Shown here piece by piece: positions 37,401-50,781 of a stretch of DNA of 64,000 nt. The notes beneath the pieces were generated by a model that worked only from the letters and a program-made list of their open reading frames with translations, ran no database searches and was not told the DNA's origin. This stretch comes from Phoronis australis. Lineage: Eukaryota > Animalia > Phoronida. Every line of letters begins with the position of its first letter. Position 1 is the first letter of the stretch. The DNA lies in assembly GCA_002633005.1 (NCBI GenBank), contig NMRA01000648.1, forward strand, positions 78,467 through 142,466. Reading direction: 5' to 3'. The position numbers and the translations under genes are program-made.

Positions 37401-38659
37401 GATTAAAAGTTTACCAATTGCGTGGCACACCTCCAGGAAGTGGACAAAAATTTATGCTCGAATAATGTGGCATGAATGGTTAAGTTTCGAGTATGACTTT
37501 GGGTTAAAAGTTTAGACCCTGGGCTCAGCCCTTTGATTATTAGTCGATTTTTCTCTACAGTTTAAAAGCAATACTCAAACTCTAATGACTCAAGGTGTGC
37601 AATAAATGTGTGGAGTGACCTTAATTAAAACACACACCTAGTTCGATGGCCGATGTCTGTCCAGGGACATTTGGTGACATGAGTGCAACCTAGTGTAGTC
37701 CAGCCAATCGCATGCAGATCAAGTTAAACAACAGATTTGAAAAATTTACCCCATATACGGCCCCCTCATACAACTATTTACCCTCTAGTAGTTTCATGAC
37801 ATTTTAAAGTAGTTGTCACCAGAGGGGGTACTTCCGCTGGGTTTTTAGTTTTCTGGATAAGAAAATAACTTCCGCTGTTATGTGTTCGTTGATTTTTATC
37901 TAAAATGAATAATATACTCTTCAAACACTCCTTCCACCCAGGAGGCAGGGAAAAAATTAGGAAAACGCGCAAAAATTAAAAGCGAAAAAAGAACAAAAAA
38001 CTAACATGGCTGCAGGTCCTCCAAATTGGCTCATAGACTTGAGGCCGTGTGAGTGAATAAACCCACACCTGCGTTTTTCAATGATTCCAGCGGAGGCCAT
38101 TCATTTCACCTGGTACTTCCCAGGTAACGAGAAACAGCAATATTAATACAAACAGCAGAGCAACCAGTTTTAAACTTAATCCTAATATTTGTCAAGAATT
38201 ATACATTCAAACAACGCCATTTTTTTATTAGGATAACGTGATTTCAAGCAACCTGTGCAATATGAATGCGATGAGTTATTGTAGGTGTGAAATATGTAAA
38301 CGTAAATCTTTATTATTTTGTACTTATTCGAAAAATGAAAATCTGTTTGTAGCTGCATATACATGCAAGAGCAGTAAATGTGTGTTTCTCACAAACCACC
38401 GTTGTCACGCGCTTACCGTCGTTTGAATTGTAATTGGTTAGAATAATAGCCTGTACTGAATTCTCTGACAATCATACTGTTATTGTAATTACAACTAACA
38501 CGACTGGTACGGCGCAATAACAATTAATCAGTTCTTCCCAATCCTAGAAATCCTTTCTAATCTGAATTAGTAACAGAGTGGCTTGGATCAATTTGATTTT
38601 TTGATAGAACTTCGGCTGTGTTGCCTTCATTGACCCTTTTAACTTTTACCAAAATAAAC

Positions 38660-39253
38660 TATGAAGGGATAAAGGGTTCGTACACGAGTACCTTTCTGCC
38701 CGTATAAAGTGCCTTATTCAACGCGCAAATACACTCTACGTAGAATAAGGACGCCACGCTACGAATACCCATATTGGTGGGCGTACTCCTGTAATCTGCG
38801 CATCGATATAAGAACGCGTGGTGTAACATCCTTATCTTACATTTGTGTGCTTTAACTGCCTCTCGCCCAATAACGCTAGGACCTCAATAAAAAGCAAGCA
38901 AAACTTCGCGAGATAACGTGAGACACTGCCGTGTATTTTTGATGAGAACACGTGACTGACTAGATTTTAGTTATATCTAGGTCCTAGCGTAGGTCCTAGC
39001 GTAGGTCCTGGCGTAGGTCCTAGCGTTACTGAACGCACGCCAGCCTCCCGTTCAGTAACGCTAGGACCTCGCTAAAAAGCAAGACGTCGCGAAATTACGT
39101 GAGATATTGCCGTGTATTTCAAAGGAAAACACGTGACTTTGGCTAAGTTTTAGCTAGGTACTAGCGTTACTGAGCGCACGCCAGGCTTACTCTACGTGCG
39201 AAATAAGGACAACGCAGAGAGGTACTCGTTTAACAACCCTTTGGTACTTCATA
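38660..39253. mobile_element. Host TIR element containing the family A dimer
   Basis: AAAGGGTTCGTACACGAGTACCTTTCTGC (38671) is an imperfect reverse complement of GCAGAGAGGTACTCGTTTAACAACCCTTT (39214-39242). Confidence 0.65.
38858..39182 (+). mobile_element. Two head-to-tail family A copies
   Basis: Copies at about 38858-39041 and 39043-39182. The first has four AGGTCCT(A/G)GCGT units. Confidence 0.85.
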
Positions 39254-40710
39254 ACACCAAGACGAAAATCATACAACACAACGTTATTCAAACTAGATGG
39301 TCTATAAAACGATGAATTTTGAAAACACCATTTACGTCCTTACACCTTGTTTACGCATACTCGTTTACTCATAAATCAGGCATGACAACGTTTTTTAAGT
39401 GTCAGTGTTATTGAAGACCTTACCCACACAACATCTCAGTAAATACGTTACTTGACTCCTCTGAAACCCCATTAAGGTAATAGATGTCATTATAATGTTT
39501 TGGTGTTGAAAGCAAGTTTCTGGACTTACATGTATATCCCACAAAATTGAGGGAAGTTTATTTTGTTGTAGCAACCTGTGAACGGAGAACGCAAATTTCT
39601 TAAAAAGCTCTTCTGGCCGCGACAATTTAAAATCCGAATACTTATTTCTGTGTCGATTGTCCGTGTTATCAACAACGTGCAATTTTTTAGACGAGGTGGA
39701 CTGCGTGAGGTTAACGTGCCCTCACATCCCACAAGCAAAGTGTGACAGGCGTCTTTAACTTGGGATCCACCGTAGGAAGTTCCAGATGAGTCTATGAGGT
39801 TCGGACCACTCCTCTCACTTCTACATTGTCTCGTGTCGTGCCCCCCTGGACAGAATTTATTTATTTAAACTTCTTTAAAAGACTGGGCGACCACTTCAGT
39901 GAATACACTGATTTTCAAGTTGGACCAGTCGGAAATAATTACATAAAGTAAAAGACACTGAGCTATGAACAATTAGACTGAAAAGATTAATAGATAAAAT
40001 AAATTACTTATAAAAATTAGTTAATATGTACAAATCGATGAATAAATAAGATAAAATAGAGTGATGAGCTGAGGCCTACAGTCCCAAACCGCTCAGAAAG
40101 TCCATGATTTACGCGTCCCGGAAGTTCCCTTTCCGTCTTTATCCCTGTGCGGAAGATTTTCCATTTTTGTAGTCCCAGAGACAAAAAGAATAAATTAGTG
40201 ATGAAATTAATTACTTAACTGTATTTTACAGCTTTTTCAATTTAGCGCAGGTCTATTTAAACTAGTCATTTTTATGATGGGAGAGATAATAACATTGAAA
40301 AACACTTTCATTGCTACATAAGATTCTTATCTACTGATAAAGGCGAGCGGACCGTAGCCACAGGCGTAGACGGAGTCCAATGTTTGTTCACATAGTCACT
40401 AGGAGAGTGTCTTTAAATTTAATCAACGAATAATGAAAAAATTAATCAGCTGTTGGAACTGAAATACGTTATTATGTTAATTTATAATATTTAGTTGCAA
40501 ATGCCGCATGGCGTACTCAAACTTTCCACAAGCTACAACGATGAATATCATCCCGCGACGAGCCGAGTCATGTCATGATCGTTTAAATTAGAAGCGAGTA
40601 CAAACCTACCCCAATTCCTGCAAAAAAATTGAATTTAGCCTTTTATAAAACTGGTGCCATTTTGATTTCTGGACATGGAAGTGTTGGCAATTCAGTTTTA
40701 CTTGAAACCA

Positions 40711-40850
40711 GACGTGCGTGAAGTAACGCTGGGACCTGCGCTAGGACCTAGATAAAATTTAGCCAAAGTCACGTGCTTTCACTTAAAATACACGGAAATA
40801 TCTCACGTAATCTTGCAAAGTCTCGCTTTTTAGCGAGGTTCTAACGTTAC
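40711..40850 (-). mobile_element. Family A copy
   Basis: Reverse-complement match to 17364-17518. Confidence 0.8.
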
Positions 40851-41765
40851 AGGCTCAATAAGTTTGCTTTCACGGCGGTTCATTTTACGCGCCACTGGAA
40901 AAGCGTGATCCGAGCAATGACCGGCTGCTTGTTCTTTTCACGCGCTGAATCGCTTCTTATTTGAGTATGGAACAAGTTGCGACCAGTTATTAGTGGGTTG
41001 TCAAAATCAATTGTCAGTTGTTGTTTTTTTTTTTGACGTAAAGAGGGTTTGCCTATCTTATAACGAAACGTTCTTGACAGTTCTTTTAAATCAAATAGGA
41101 GTACGAAATGCAGTTTTTCTGGTGATTTCAAATTCCAATTTTTGTTATCTTCAGCGTTCTTGCTTTCATTGTTATTCTGACGTATAATACTGCAACTGAA
41201 GATATCGTCATAGATATCATAATTTGCATTGAAGTTATCGTATACATAATAACTATGCTTTGATGATATACCTTGTAAAATAGCACGTGCAAAATTATAA
41301 AGCAAATCTCACTTTAGCCGCTCCTCTGAGTGCGTCAATGGAAACCCTTCTGGAGCCGACAACTGATGACCGTTTGCGCCCATCTTTTTGGTAGTGTTTC
41401 CGCATACGCTCCGATTCTTCATCGTCAATATCTCTCACAGAACTTTTTCTCCTTCGAAACATTACCGCGATTACTCCGGTGGTGTTACAAAACTGGTAGA
41501 CACCTCAACAAATTCCATTACTGACCACAAGTTATGAGGTTATTCTCCTTTTACTATGACATTTACGACGTCACGTCAACAGACGTCTCTGATTGGTCGA
41601 TTTCTTGTAAAATTATTATGGAAATAACTTTGTGACAAACACTTGAACGAGGAATCTACACATATGTGTTTATGGGTCTACAACCGTGATAAAACTCATG
41701 ATAAGAAATAGCCTAACAACAGAGGGCGTGCTTCTACGGACGTGCTACTTTTGAAATTGATCGAG

Positions 41766-42688
41766 TCATCACCACCATCATCACCATCACCAGTATTACC
41801 ATCACCATCACCATCATCATCATCATCATCACCATCATCACCAGTATTACCATCACCATCACCATCACCATCATCATCATCATCACCATCATCACCATCA
41901 CCAGTATTACCATCACCAGTATTACTATCACTATCACCATCACCATCACCATCACCATCATCATCACCATCATCATCATCATCACCATCANNNNNNNNNN
42001 NNNNNNNNNNNNNNNNNNNNNNNNNNNNNNNNNNNNNNNNNNNNNNNNNNNNNNNNNNNNNNNNNNNNNNNNNNNNNNNNNNNNNNNNNNNNNNNNNNNN
42101 NNNNNNNNNNNNNNNNNNNNNNNNNNNNNNNNNNNNNNNNNNNNNNNNNNNNNNNNNNNNNNNNNNNNNNNNNNNNNNNNNNNNNNNNNNNNNNNNNNNN
42201 NNNNNNNNNNNNNNNNNNNNNNNNNNNNNNNNNNNNNNNNNNNNNNNNNNNNNNNNNNNNNNNNNNNNNNNNNNNNNNNNNNNNNNNNNNNNNNNNNNNN
42301 NNNNNNNNNNNNNNNNNNNNNNNNNNNNNNNNNNNNNNNNNNNNNNNNNNNNNNNNNNNNCATCATCATCATCATCATCATCATCACCATCACCAGTATT
42401 ACTATCACTATCACCATCATCATCATCATCATCAACATCATCATCATCACCATCGTCTTTTTCTTCATCATCACCACTATCATCGTCACCATCATCATCA
42501 TCATCGTCATCATCATCATCATCGTCATCATCATCATCATCGTCATCATGATCATCGTCATCATCATCATCATAGCCATACTCATCATCATCATCATCAG
42601 GACCAACATCGCCGCTGTCTCAGTCATTATGCATAATCATCACCAACACCATCACTATCACCATCACTATCACCCTCATCATCATCAT
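41766..42688 (+). repeat. (CAT/CAC)n compound microsatellite around a gap
   Basis: Directly visible. Confidence 0.95.
41991..42360. other. Assembly gap
   Basis: N run. Confidence 1.
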
Positions 42689-44017
42689 CTTGTCCAAAGT
42701 AACTCGAAACATGAATTTCAATAAAAAATACGCATATAAATAAAATGGCAGGGAGATAATAGATGTATTATCTGCAATCTGTTTTGTTGTTTCAACCCAT
42801 TTACTTAGTTTCAAAAACTTGGTTTTACCTAAGCGGCGCTTCATGACAGCACTGGCTGCCACTCCCCTGTCTGATGACCTGTGTAAACGTCATTAGTCGA
42901 GGTCATTCTTTGTTGGGTGGACAGTACGTGTTTCTTGGGTAAGAAATATGGGGATTTGATTCAAGAAATAACATAATTTAGAAACTCAAGATGGTTTATT
43001 GTCAGGTTGTCACAGCTAAGGTGAAAGGGGCATTCTTCGAATTAATTGTCTATGAAGCCTGTTTGTTCAGTGTTACGTAGCATATTTCACGGCTCACCAA
43101 CATTAATTGGTCTGCAACACAGTCGGCATTAAAAGCCTACCTGTTTCAATAAGTAACATTTGACTGGGTTTTCTGGTTGTCTTCTAATCTCTCCCGTGTT
43201 CATTATTTCGGATGGTGAGTTTCAAAATGAGAAAACGTGAGTCATGAGAAACCGTGAATCAGAAACAAGACATTACGTGGAAGTTAGTGGTATAACTGAA
43301 ACGGCCAAGACCCTATATCACTGCATAGTTTTCTGTTTTTATCTGAAGTCGTGTTTAAAGACCGCAAAATAATCGATGGTAAACACTTCACACCCCCACG
43401 GTTCAATCCAAATCTAACGCATCGAGAGTTAATGCCATTGAAACCCCACAAGTGTTATCTTTAAGCATTTTGTTCTTTCCATGGTCAAAAGTGTCACTGC
43501 CTCAACTGGCCTCAGTAGAGAAGGTGGACATCCCATATACGGAAGCTTTTCGTTAAATTATGCCTCACACTGGTTAAACGTCACATACCCTGGCGCGAGC
43601 AGTGTAAAATGGCCAGTTGCCGATTGGGCAACGGAACGAAGGACTGCTTGTAAGAAGTTTGATTGGAGGAGTATTTATTCGATTTGGGAAGAGTTAAGAG
43701 ACATCAAAAGTGTTCCTCTATGCGCAAAAGGTACTTATATCAACATGTTTAATCAATACGGAGCATGATTTAGAGAAAAGCTTATTGCGTACGGAGGGCC
43801 TATATGATGGCCATCGTCTCTACTGGGGTCAATTAATTGTTAGTGTCCAGAAAGCGTGTACCAGTCAGTGCCAAAAGAACGGGAATAAGTCCCTAGATGG
43901 TCCAGGAGCAAATTCATAGAAGAGTCCAGACAGTCCGACCTCTCCCTTTACATTTGGCCTACTGTTTTGGTAACCCCAATGTTTATCCACTGTCCCCCCA
44001 TGAAGACAAAATCTGGA

Positions 44018-44166
44018 TCCCGTTCAGTAACGCTAGGGCATTGCTAAAAAGCAAGACTTTGCGAGATTACGTGAGATATTGCCGTGTATATTAAATGAGA
44101 ACACGTGACATTGGCTAGAATTTAGCTAGGTGGTAGCGTAGGACCTAGCGTTACTGAACGCACGCC
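44018..44166 (+). mobile_element. Family A copy
   Basis: TCCCGTTCAGTAACGCTAGG...CCTAGCGTTACTGAACGCACGCC. Confidence 0.85.
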
Positions 44167-44280
44167 TGGATGTGCTACTGCCTTGCGGGGCCATTGCGTC
44201 TAAACATAACGTCATTGTTTGGTAAAGGTGTCAATGGTCATGCAGGCAGTCAAGTGCGACTGGAGGGGTTCCCCACACCG

Positions 44281-44427
44281 GGCGTGCGTTCAGTAACGCT
44301 AGGACCTACGCTAGGACCTAGAAATCTAGACAGAGTTACGTGTTTCTATTGAAAATATACGGCAATATCTCACGTAATCTCGCGAAGTCTTGGTTTTTAG
44401 CGAGATCCTAGCATTACTGAACGGGAG
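44281..44427 (-). mobile_element. Family A copy, inverted relative to its neighbour
   Basis: GGCGTGCGTTCAGTAACGCTAGG...TTACTGAACGGGAG. Confidence 0.85.
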
Positions 44428-45199
44428 AGTCTGACAAACAGATAGAGTCCTGCATTAATGAGTAATCAATTTTGCTGCTGTGTAGACCACGGTTGGTGGC
44501 AATGTCGATGACTCCGTGATGGCGAAAATTGCGATCACCGGTGTGATTATTTGGTGGCAACCGGGGGCCAGGAGGGCGCGTGCATCTAGCAAGGACAGGG
44601 ATGTCGTCGTTTTCGTCCGCTTTGGGTGACTATAATCCTAAGTAACAATGTCACTGTTTTTCCCATATAAAAGTAAACTTAGGCGAAATTCCAATAATTG
44701 CTTTAATAGTTTTGTAATTTCTTCATGTCCTAAACTGCCCTTTGCGAGGTTTTTTATACTGTTTTCTTCAGGATCATTTACTCGTATTCGCTTCTTGAGA
44801 AAAATCATCTACGCGGTAAGAGCTTTTTAGAGTAAAGGTCATAGTTCAATGATTTTACCAAGCAAGACAAATATACCTGATCTGTAACATGTAACTGATG
44901 ATTAAACTTTCAACGAACAATAAAAATTGTACCATGTAAACGCCCTTCCACGATTAATCAAAACTCACGGTGTGCTCAAACGCCCGTTTCAGTCAAGACA
45001 ATGATCGCGAAAATATAGGTCAACATAGTGGGATACTTGTAAATAGAATTAAATCTGGTCTGTTGGCAATGCGCACAAAATTAAATCCCTAGAACCTCGG
45101 AGACACCACGCATTCTTCAAAGGGAAGATGATACTGTAGATTGGTAGGAACCGCCGTATCTTGCCTTCTCAGGAGATCTTGCCTGGTTATCAACCTCAC

Positions 45200-45365
45200 G
45201 TATACTCTCGTCCCAAGGAGACGACACTTCGAAGCGAGCACCACCTTGCTTGTTCAAGGAGGGATTTAGTGATTAATAAACAGTTCTTCTCCCTGTGCAG
45301 GATCTTGACATTGTCATTCTTAAATTCGTGACCTGTGTCCTGGAGGTGGTTAAACACAGCAGACG
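45200..45365 (-). mobile_element. Penelope-like element fragment (GIY-YIG endonuclease C-terminus)
   Basis: SSAVFNHLQDTGHEFKNDNVKILHREKN, then frameshifted NPSLNKQGGARF. Confidence 0.7.
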
Positions 45366-48300
45366 ACACGGACCTCACCAATAGCCCTTCTATATGTTGG
45401 TACATGCGTTTTTCACGGTTGTTCTGTTTGCACAACATACATCAAAGTCATGATCCGGTCGTTCCCGATATAACAACACTTCTTATAATGTCGATAAGTT
45501 AGATATGTATATTCAAGCATATAATATTGAAGGAAAATCGTCACACGTACAATATGCCGTAAGTATACAATTTGTTCTTGAATGAAGGTTAATAAAATGT
45601 CCAATAATTTGGCGGTGGGACTGAAACAGAAATGGTCATTGAAATTGGGTATGAACATTTCTGTGTGACTCGTCTTTCTTTTCACAGCAAAAAAGGATTC
45701 AGTTTCGTTTAAAAGCATGATAAAATAGATTTGAAGTGATCATTATAACCATGACGAATTGAGAAAATTGACGTGTATGGAGGCTTGTGCTACAGCAGTT
45801 AGGGTGGGAAAAAGTTTCGTACTCAAAAATGAAGTTGTTGTAGACTGAGTTTGAAATATCATGGATTTTATACGGGCTGCTTCTTAAAAATTCTTTTTAC
45901 GAATCGGCTGAAATGTTCAAATCAGTCGTCCTACCTCACGGTGACTTCTGTGCTATTTTTACTCACTCATGTTATTCTGCCATTACGAAGTCACGTGTTC
46001 TATTGTTTTGTGATTCTGGCGTAAATTCACAGATTACCACAATTTTAAGTAATAGTGATGAGGACTCGCCGTATTGATAATTGCTCAACGATCATTATTA
46101 GAGCCCCTGCTGCGTCATCTGCTAGTTCATGTTTTGCTCGCGTAATACTCGACTAAGCTTCGAGTACAGACGTTAAAATTGATACTTCCCACCGTAGAGC
46201 GGGGATTCGAAAAAGGAGCTTCCGTGAAAGTCACCCTTCCTTAGGCTTTTGTTTCAGAAACACTACACTTTTGGTCTTTTATAGTTTTATGAGCATAAGC
46301 CTTCCTTAGGAATACTTGGACAGACGAAATTTATACCATTTTTTAAAAGTCTGAAACAGTGAACGGACGCGACGTTGCCAGTACAAGTACAACGTCTGCA
46401 ACCAAAGTTTTAAAAATAAAGATAATAGCAAACATTCATTTCTCCCTGTGTAGCTGGCTACAAACAAAGATCAAATTAGAGCATTAATCTCTTAAATCAC
46501 CAGTATAATAATGGCTTCCATTTCCGTTACCAACAAGAACACAGAAACCATCAGGGACTCAAGAAAATGCTCGTGACTCAAGTTGGTAACGGAAGTGGAA
46601 TCCTTTCACGTTAAGGAACATTACGAGATCAGTTTGAAAGAGTAAAGGTTCTAATTCAATGTTCGCCGCCAGATAAACAGGGCAAAATAACCTTTAAACA
46701 GTTAAAACCTTTCTTTTAGTTTGTGAAGTTGGAAACTTGAACCTTTTGTGTAGTTGTAAACCTTCAAAGTGACCACTTATGTAGAGTCGCGGGAAAAGGC
46801 ACCCGTTCGTAGGGATTTTTTTCCGAAACGGAGCTCTTCTGCTCGTGAAAAATCACCCTTCTGAGCTGTACGTCCCGTATTCCCCTCCTAATTGAGGACT
46901 TTCGTAATGTTTTGGGAATGTAACTTAATGTTTTAGGTCTTTGATACTTGGCGTTCCTGTTTACACACTGTTAACAAGCCATGGACAGAATTAGTCAACT
47001 GACGTCAATCGGTCAACGGCCGCGAACTCGACTTCGCCTTAGTGCTAAGTGGGACTTAAACTGCCTCCATCGAGATAAATGACCGTCTAATTGAACAATA
47101 ATTGAGAGCCATTTTCACTAACAACCTTTCAGAAATGCCCTCCTCGGACTCAACTGGAAGAACGTTGAGTTTAACCGGAGCAAATGAAAGCACAATCCCC
47201 GGCCAACACGAGTTTCCGGTTGCTATCAATCTCATCTCTCTTCGCCACAGATTTCACTTCCGGTTGACCCCCATGCCCGACGACACCAGAATTGTGTTTT
47301 GTAGACCACGTACCTAGCGAGAAAAATGAAATCGTGCAGAACCACACAAAATCACGCGATTGAAAGGAATGTTTGCGACTATGCTAGATACCTAACTATC
47401 GTATTGTAGGCAAATGGCGGCCACTGCAGTGGTTGGTCTGTGAGGCTTGACTGTGGAATTAGTCGGATGGAATTTAATCTCATGGAGGGAGCCTCCAACT
47501 TAATAATGGAGTCAATTGCCTCTCTCAACCTGGTTTTGTGAAATCGTGCAACCTCTTACATTGAGCCAAATTATGAAATTAGGTATCACAAATTTTCAGT
47601 TTTACTGATATAACTTCTATATTGAAAAGCCACTTTTTAGTTGGAGTCTTCTCTTGGAGGAGCGACCTGGGGGAGATTGGCTTTTGTTGTCCCCTACCCC
47701 TTATAAATCTGCAACTGTCAACTATTCACAACAGGAGATATACAAATTTCAAATTCATTTGGTAAACAACAAAAACATGTTCATGTGTTTCACAAAAGTA
47801 TGAAGATATGCAGCCCAACGCTTCAAGTTCGTTGGGCTATATTCGAAAATGGCGCGTGAACGCATTACCTGTGACTTGAGTTACCGATTCATTCCACAAC
47901 CATTCAAACTCCAATGGATGTGGGATTGTTTTCAAACTAAAAAGAACGATCTGTTGAAGAATTAATTATTAACACTTAAACAGCCGAGAGATGCCCCTTC
48001 AAAAACTATACAACAGAATTGCAAGAATGTAAGAGTAGGACGCCTGAGGACTAATGATGGCCAACAATACCTGACACTGATATCATGCCAAAATTATCGA
48101 TATTTATGCCAAAAGAACCACAAAAATATAATTTATTTTATAGATGGTTTTGAGGAAAGTATTATTTATGATACTTGGAAACATTACTCTGGGTGTGCTG
48201 ATTAGAATGTCAGACGTGATTTTTAGGATTGTTTGTAAGTTTTACCGATGGATTTCAGTTATGATTCTCGAAGTATTGGTACTCATAAGCTAACAGTCCT

Positions 48301-49317
48301 GGAAAATGATTTGAAATTTCGTAATGCAAGTTGAAATCCTACAAAATCACAATTCATTGCGTCGTAGCAGCAAATCTACCCAAACGGCAAAGTCAATATT
48401 TGCGCGGATGCTGAGCCTATTGATTGCGTCATATGTATTTAGCCATATATTTGCACACTTAGGTTGATATGTCCGTATGTGAATCTAAGTGCTTGGGCCA
48501 ACATGCAATCAATTTAAGGACCAAACGTTGATGTGACTATGACATTTATTAAGTAATTCTAATCAGCAAAGGATCTATAATAGACAAACAAAAATACAAA
48601 CACCAAATTTAGGACACACCTAAGCTATTCATAAAACACCGTACTGCGCGTACATTTTTTCCCGCCCTTTTTCCTTTTCCTGCCTTTTTTCCTTTTCCCC
48701 GCCCTTTTACTGTTTTCCGACCCTTTCTACATCTTACATTTCTATGGAGAATTAGACACTGTTACTAATTTTTTAACTACAAATTCTAAGTGATACATTG
48801 TATAGCAATGTTCTTAAATATGGACTCGTAAAATTCCATGACAAGGTGTTAACATGCAGTGCAACAAAACATTTAATTTGGTGAGATATCCTGAAAGGTG
48901 TGCTACGCATAATATTGGTATATGCGCAGTGTACAGGTAGTCGTTGAATTTGAAATAAATTGTAGCTGTAAGAAGTATCTGCTAATTACACACGGCAGTT
49001 TCACTAATCGTATTTGAAAACATGAATTTCAAATGCCATTTAATCCTTTGTTTGTTTGAATTTATAAACGATACATATGATAAGTACAATTAAAATAGCC
49101 GATTTCTGATACATACTTTGATTAATACTAGTTGATAGCATGCACTCTCAGCACAATTGTACAAACTTGGTTGAAGGCCCGATGAGATCAAATTACACAC
49201 CACTAAGGTTTTAGCAGGTAACTTAATGACTAATTTGTACACATTCATCCGTAATTTCTGTATTTGTTATTTCCATATCTTTGATAAGTGGTCTCCAATA
49301 CCAATTCGAAGATCAAG

Positions 49318-49479
49318 TAAGTATGTTACAGCCCTGCAAAGTGCCATGTCTCTATAAACCGTTGTTTTGGTTCATGTTTTGGGATGGGACACTTATTCTA
49401 AGTATGTTACAGCCCTGCAAAGTGCCATGTCACTAAAAACCGTTGTTTTGGTTCATGTTTTGGGATGGGACACTTATTC
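49318..49479 (+). repeat. 81-bp tandem duplication downstream of the GPCR stop codon
   Basis: TAAGTATGTTACAGCCCTGC...GGGACACTTATTC occurs twice, nearly identical. Confidence 0.93.
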
Positions 49480-49725
49480 CTTACGGCAAACTGGTGTTCT
49501 TAATCACGTGTGGTTTCGTGACGTAATTAACCGCAGCTGAATTAATTTAGTCCGGCTTGAAGTGAACGATCTCGACATGAATTAAGTAGCGCTGCGTAGG
49601 AATTTAAAACGTTATGCATCTTAGGGTAATAATTGTTTTCATCTTTTCTCTTTTAACTGTTTTACTCATGACGAAATTTAACACGCAGTGCAGGTCCAAC
49701 GCTGTGTCCTCGCCATCAACCCGAA

Positions 49726-50781
49726 CTAGCATTCAGTGGTTTGCTGTTGCGCGGTGTCTCCGATGGCTATGGTCTCAGCCGCCACACGGTTGCTTCGGCG
49801 AAAAGGCTTCGACAAAGACTGGATCACAATGAGTAATAACTTCTTAGCCGTACCACGAAACTCCTTGTTGCGAAAAGAGTATATGAAGAAGTTCATGAAA
49901 CTGTTTGTGATTGCCATCCACCAAACGACACCCGACATATAGGTAGGCACTTGGATGTTAATACGATACCGTGTTATTATTGTGAGACTTAGCGTGTAAC
50001 ATACCTTTGGAAGGTACGCTACAGTAAAAGCCAGCAAGATGGTGGAGACAGTTTTGAAGGCATTCGATGTCTGTAGTGCGGTCGTAGCCTCAGCTGACGG
50101 AGGCTCCAGCCGTCCGCGTGCCGACGCCAGAGCCGCTAGATGTTTCCGTGCCGTTATGTACATGCTAATGTGACATACCATGATGATCAACATTGACGGA
50201 ATGAACATGATCGCCAACGACGCCATGAAGAAAGGATAATTGTTCTCGAAGCCGAATGAGCAGATGAAGGCGCCCTCCCAGTAATGAAATTTCCAGTCGA
50301 CGTCCCACTTGTTCACCAGGAAGGGGATGATGTAAAAACTAATGTTCAATGCCCAAACTAAGGCGATGATGGTGTAGGCCATTTTCTTCGTCATAAGGTT
50401 TGTATACTTAAAAGGCCAGACGATGTAGACATAACGGTCTATGCTGACTATCGCTAAAGAGTTGACGGAGAGTGTGATGGTCAGCGTACCGCAGTATCCC
50501 ACGAGCGAACACATGGTATCGCCAAATGGCCATCTGTTCAAAGCAGCCGAAGGTATGGCAAAGACGCCCATGAAGAAGCCAGTCATGAGATCCACAGCGG
50601 AGAGCTGAATAAGAAAGTAGCCAGACGGGTTGCACAGACTGGATGTTTTACTGATTACGGATATGTTCAGAACATTTGTGCCGATAATCATGATGGTTAC
50701 GATGGTGATGAGGACGGTGAAGACGTAATGTAAGCCTATGTCGTCATGCCAAAGAACAAGAGGATTGTTGACACCGATCAT
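49726..50781 (-). CDS. Intronless class A (rhodopsin-like) orphan GPCR, GPR21/GPR52-like
   Basis: Seven hydrophobic segments; TM2 LSAVDL, ECL1 WPFG..C, SIDRY, TM4 W, TM6 FTVAYLP, TM7 WMAITNSFMNFFIYS, helix 8 EFR. The first ATG is at 50781 (the ORF track starts at an upstream TTG). The subfamily assignment is by motif resemblance only. Confidence 0.92.
   Translation of the reverse strand: MIGVNNPLVLWHDDIGLHYVFTVLITIVTIMIIGTNVLNISVISKTSSLCNPSGYFLIQLSAVDLMTGFFMGVFAIPSAALNRWPFGDTMCSLVGYCGTLTITLSVNSLAIVSIDRYVYIVWPFKYTNLMTKKMAYTIIALVWALNISFYIIPFLVNKWDVDWKFHYWEGAFICSFGFENNYPFFMASLAIMFIPSMLIIMVCHISMYITARKHLAALASARGRLEPPSAEATTALQTSNAFKTVSTILLAFTVAYLPKVCYTLSLTIITRYRINIQVPTYMSGVVWWMAITNSFMNFFIYSFRNKEFRGTAKKLLLIVIQSLSKPFRRSNRVAAETIAIGDTAQQQTTEC

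Noticed and set aside
41734-42627. Met-rich or Ser/His-rich protein
   Set aside because: (CAT)n microsatellite plus a gap; no splice or domain support.
45100-45200. Hammerhead ribozyme after the Penelope fragment
   Set aside because: CTGAGAAG is present on the minus strand, but I found no suitably placed GAAA or stem II.
49726-50781. Opsin or biogenic amine receptor
   Set aside because: It lacks the retinal-binding Lys7.43 and Asp3.32.
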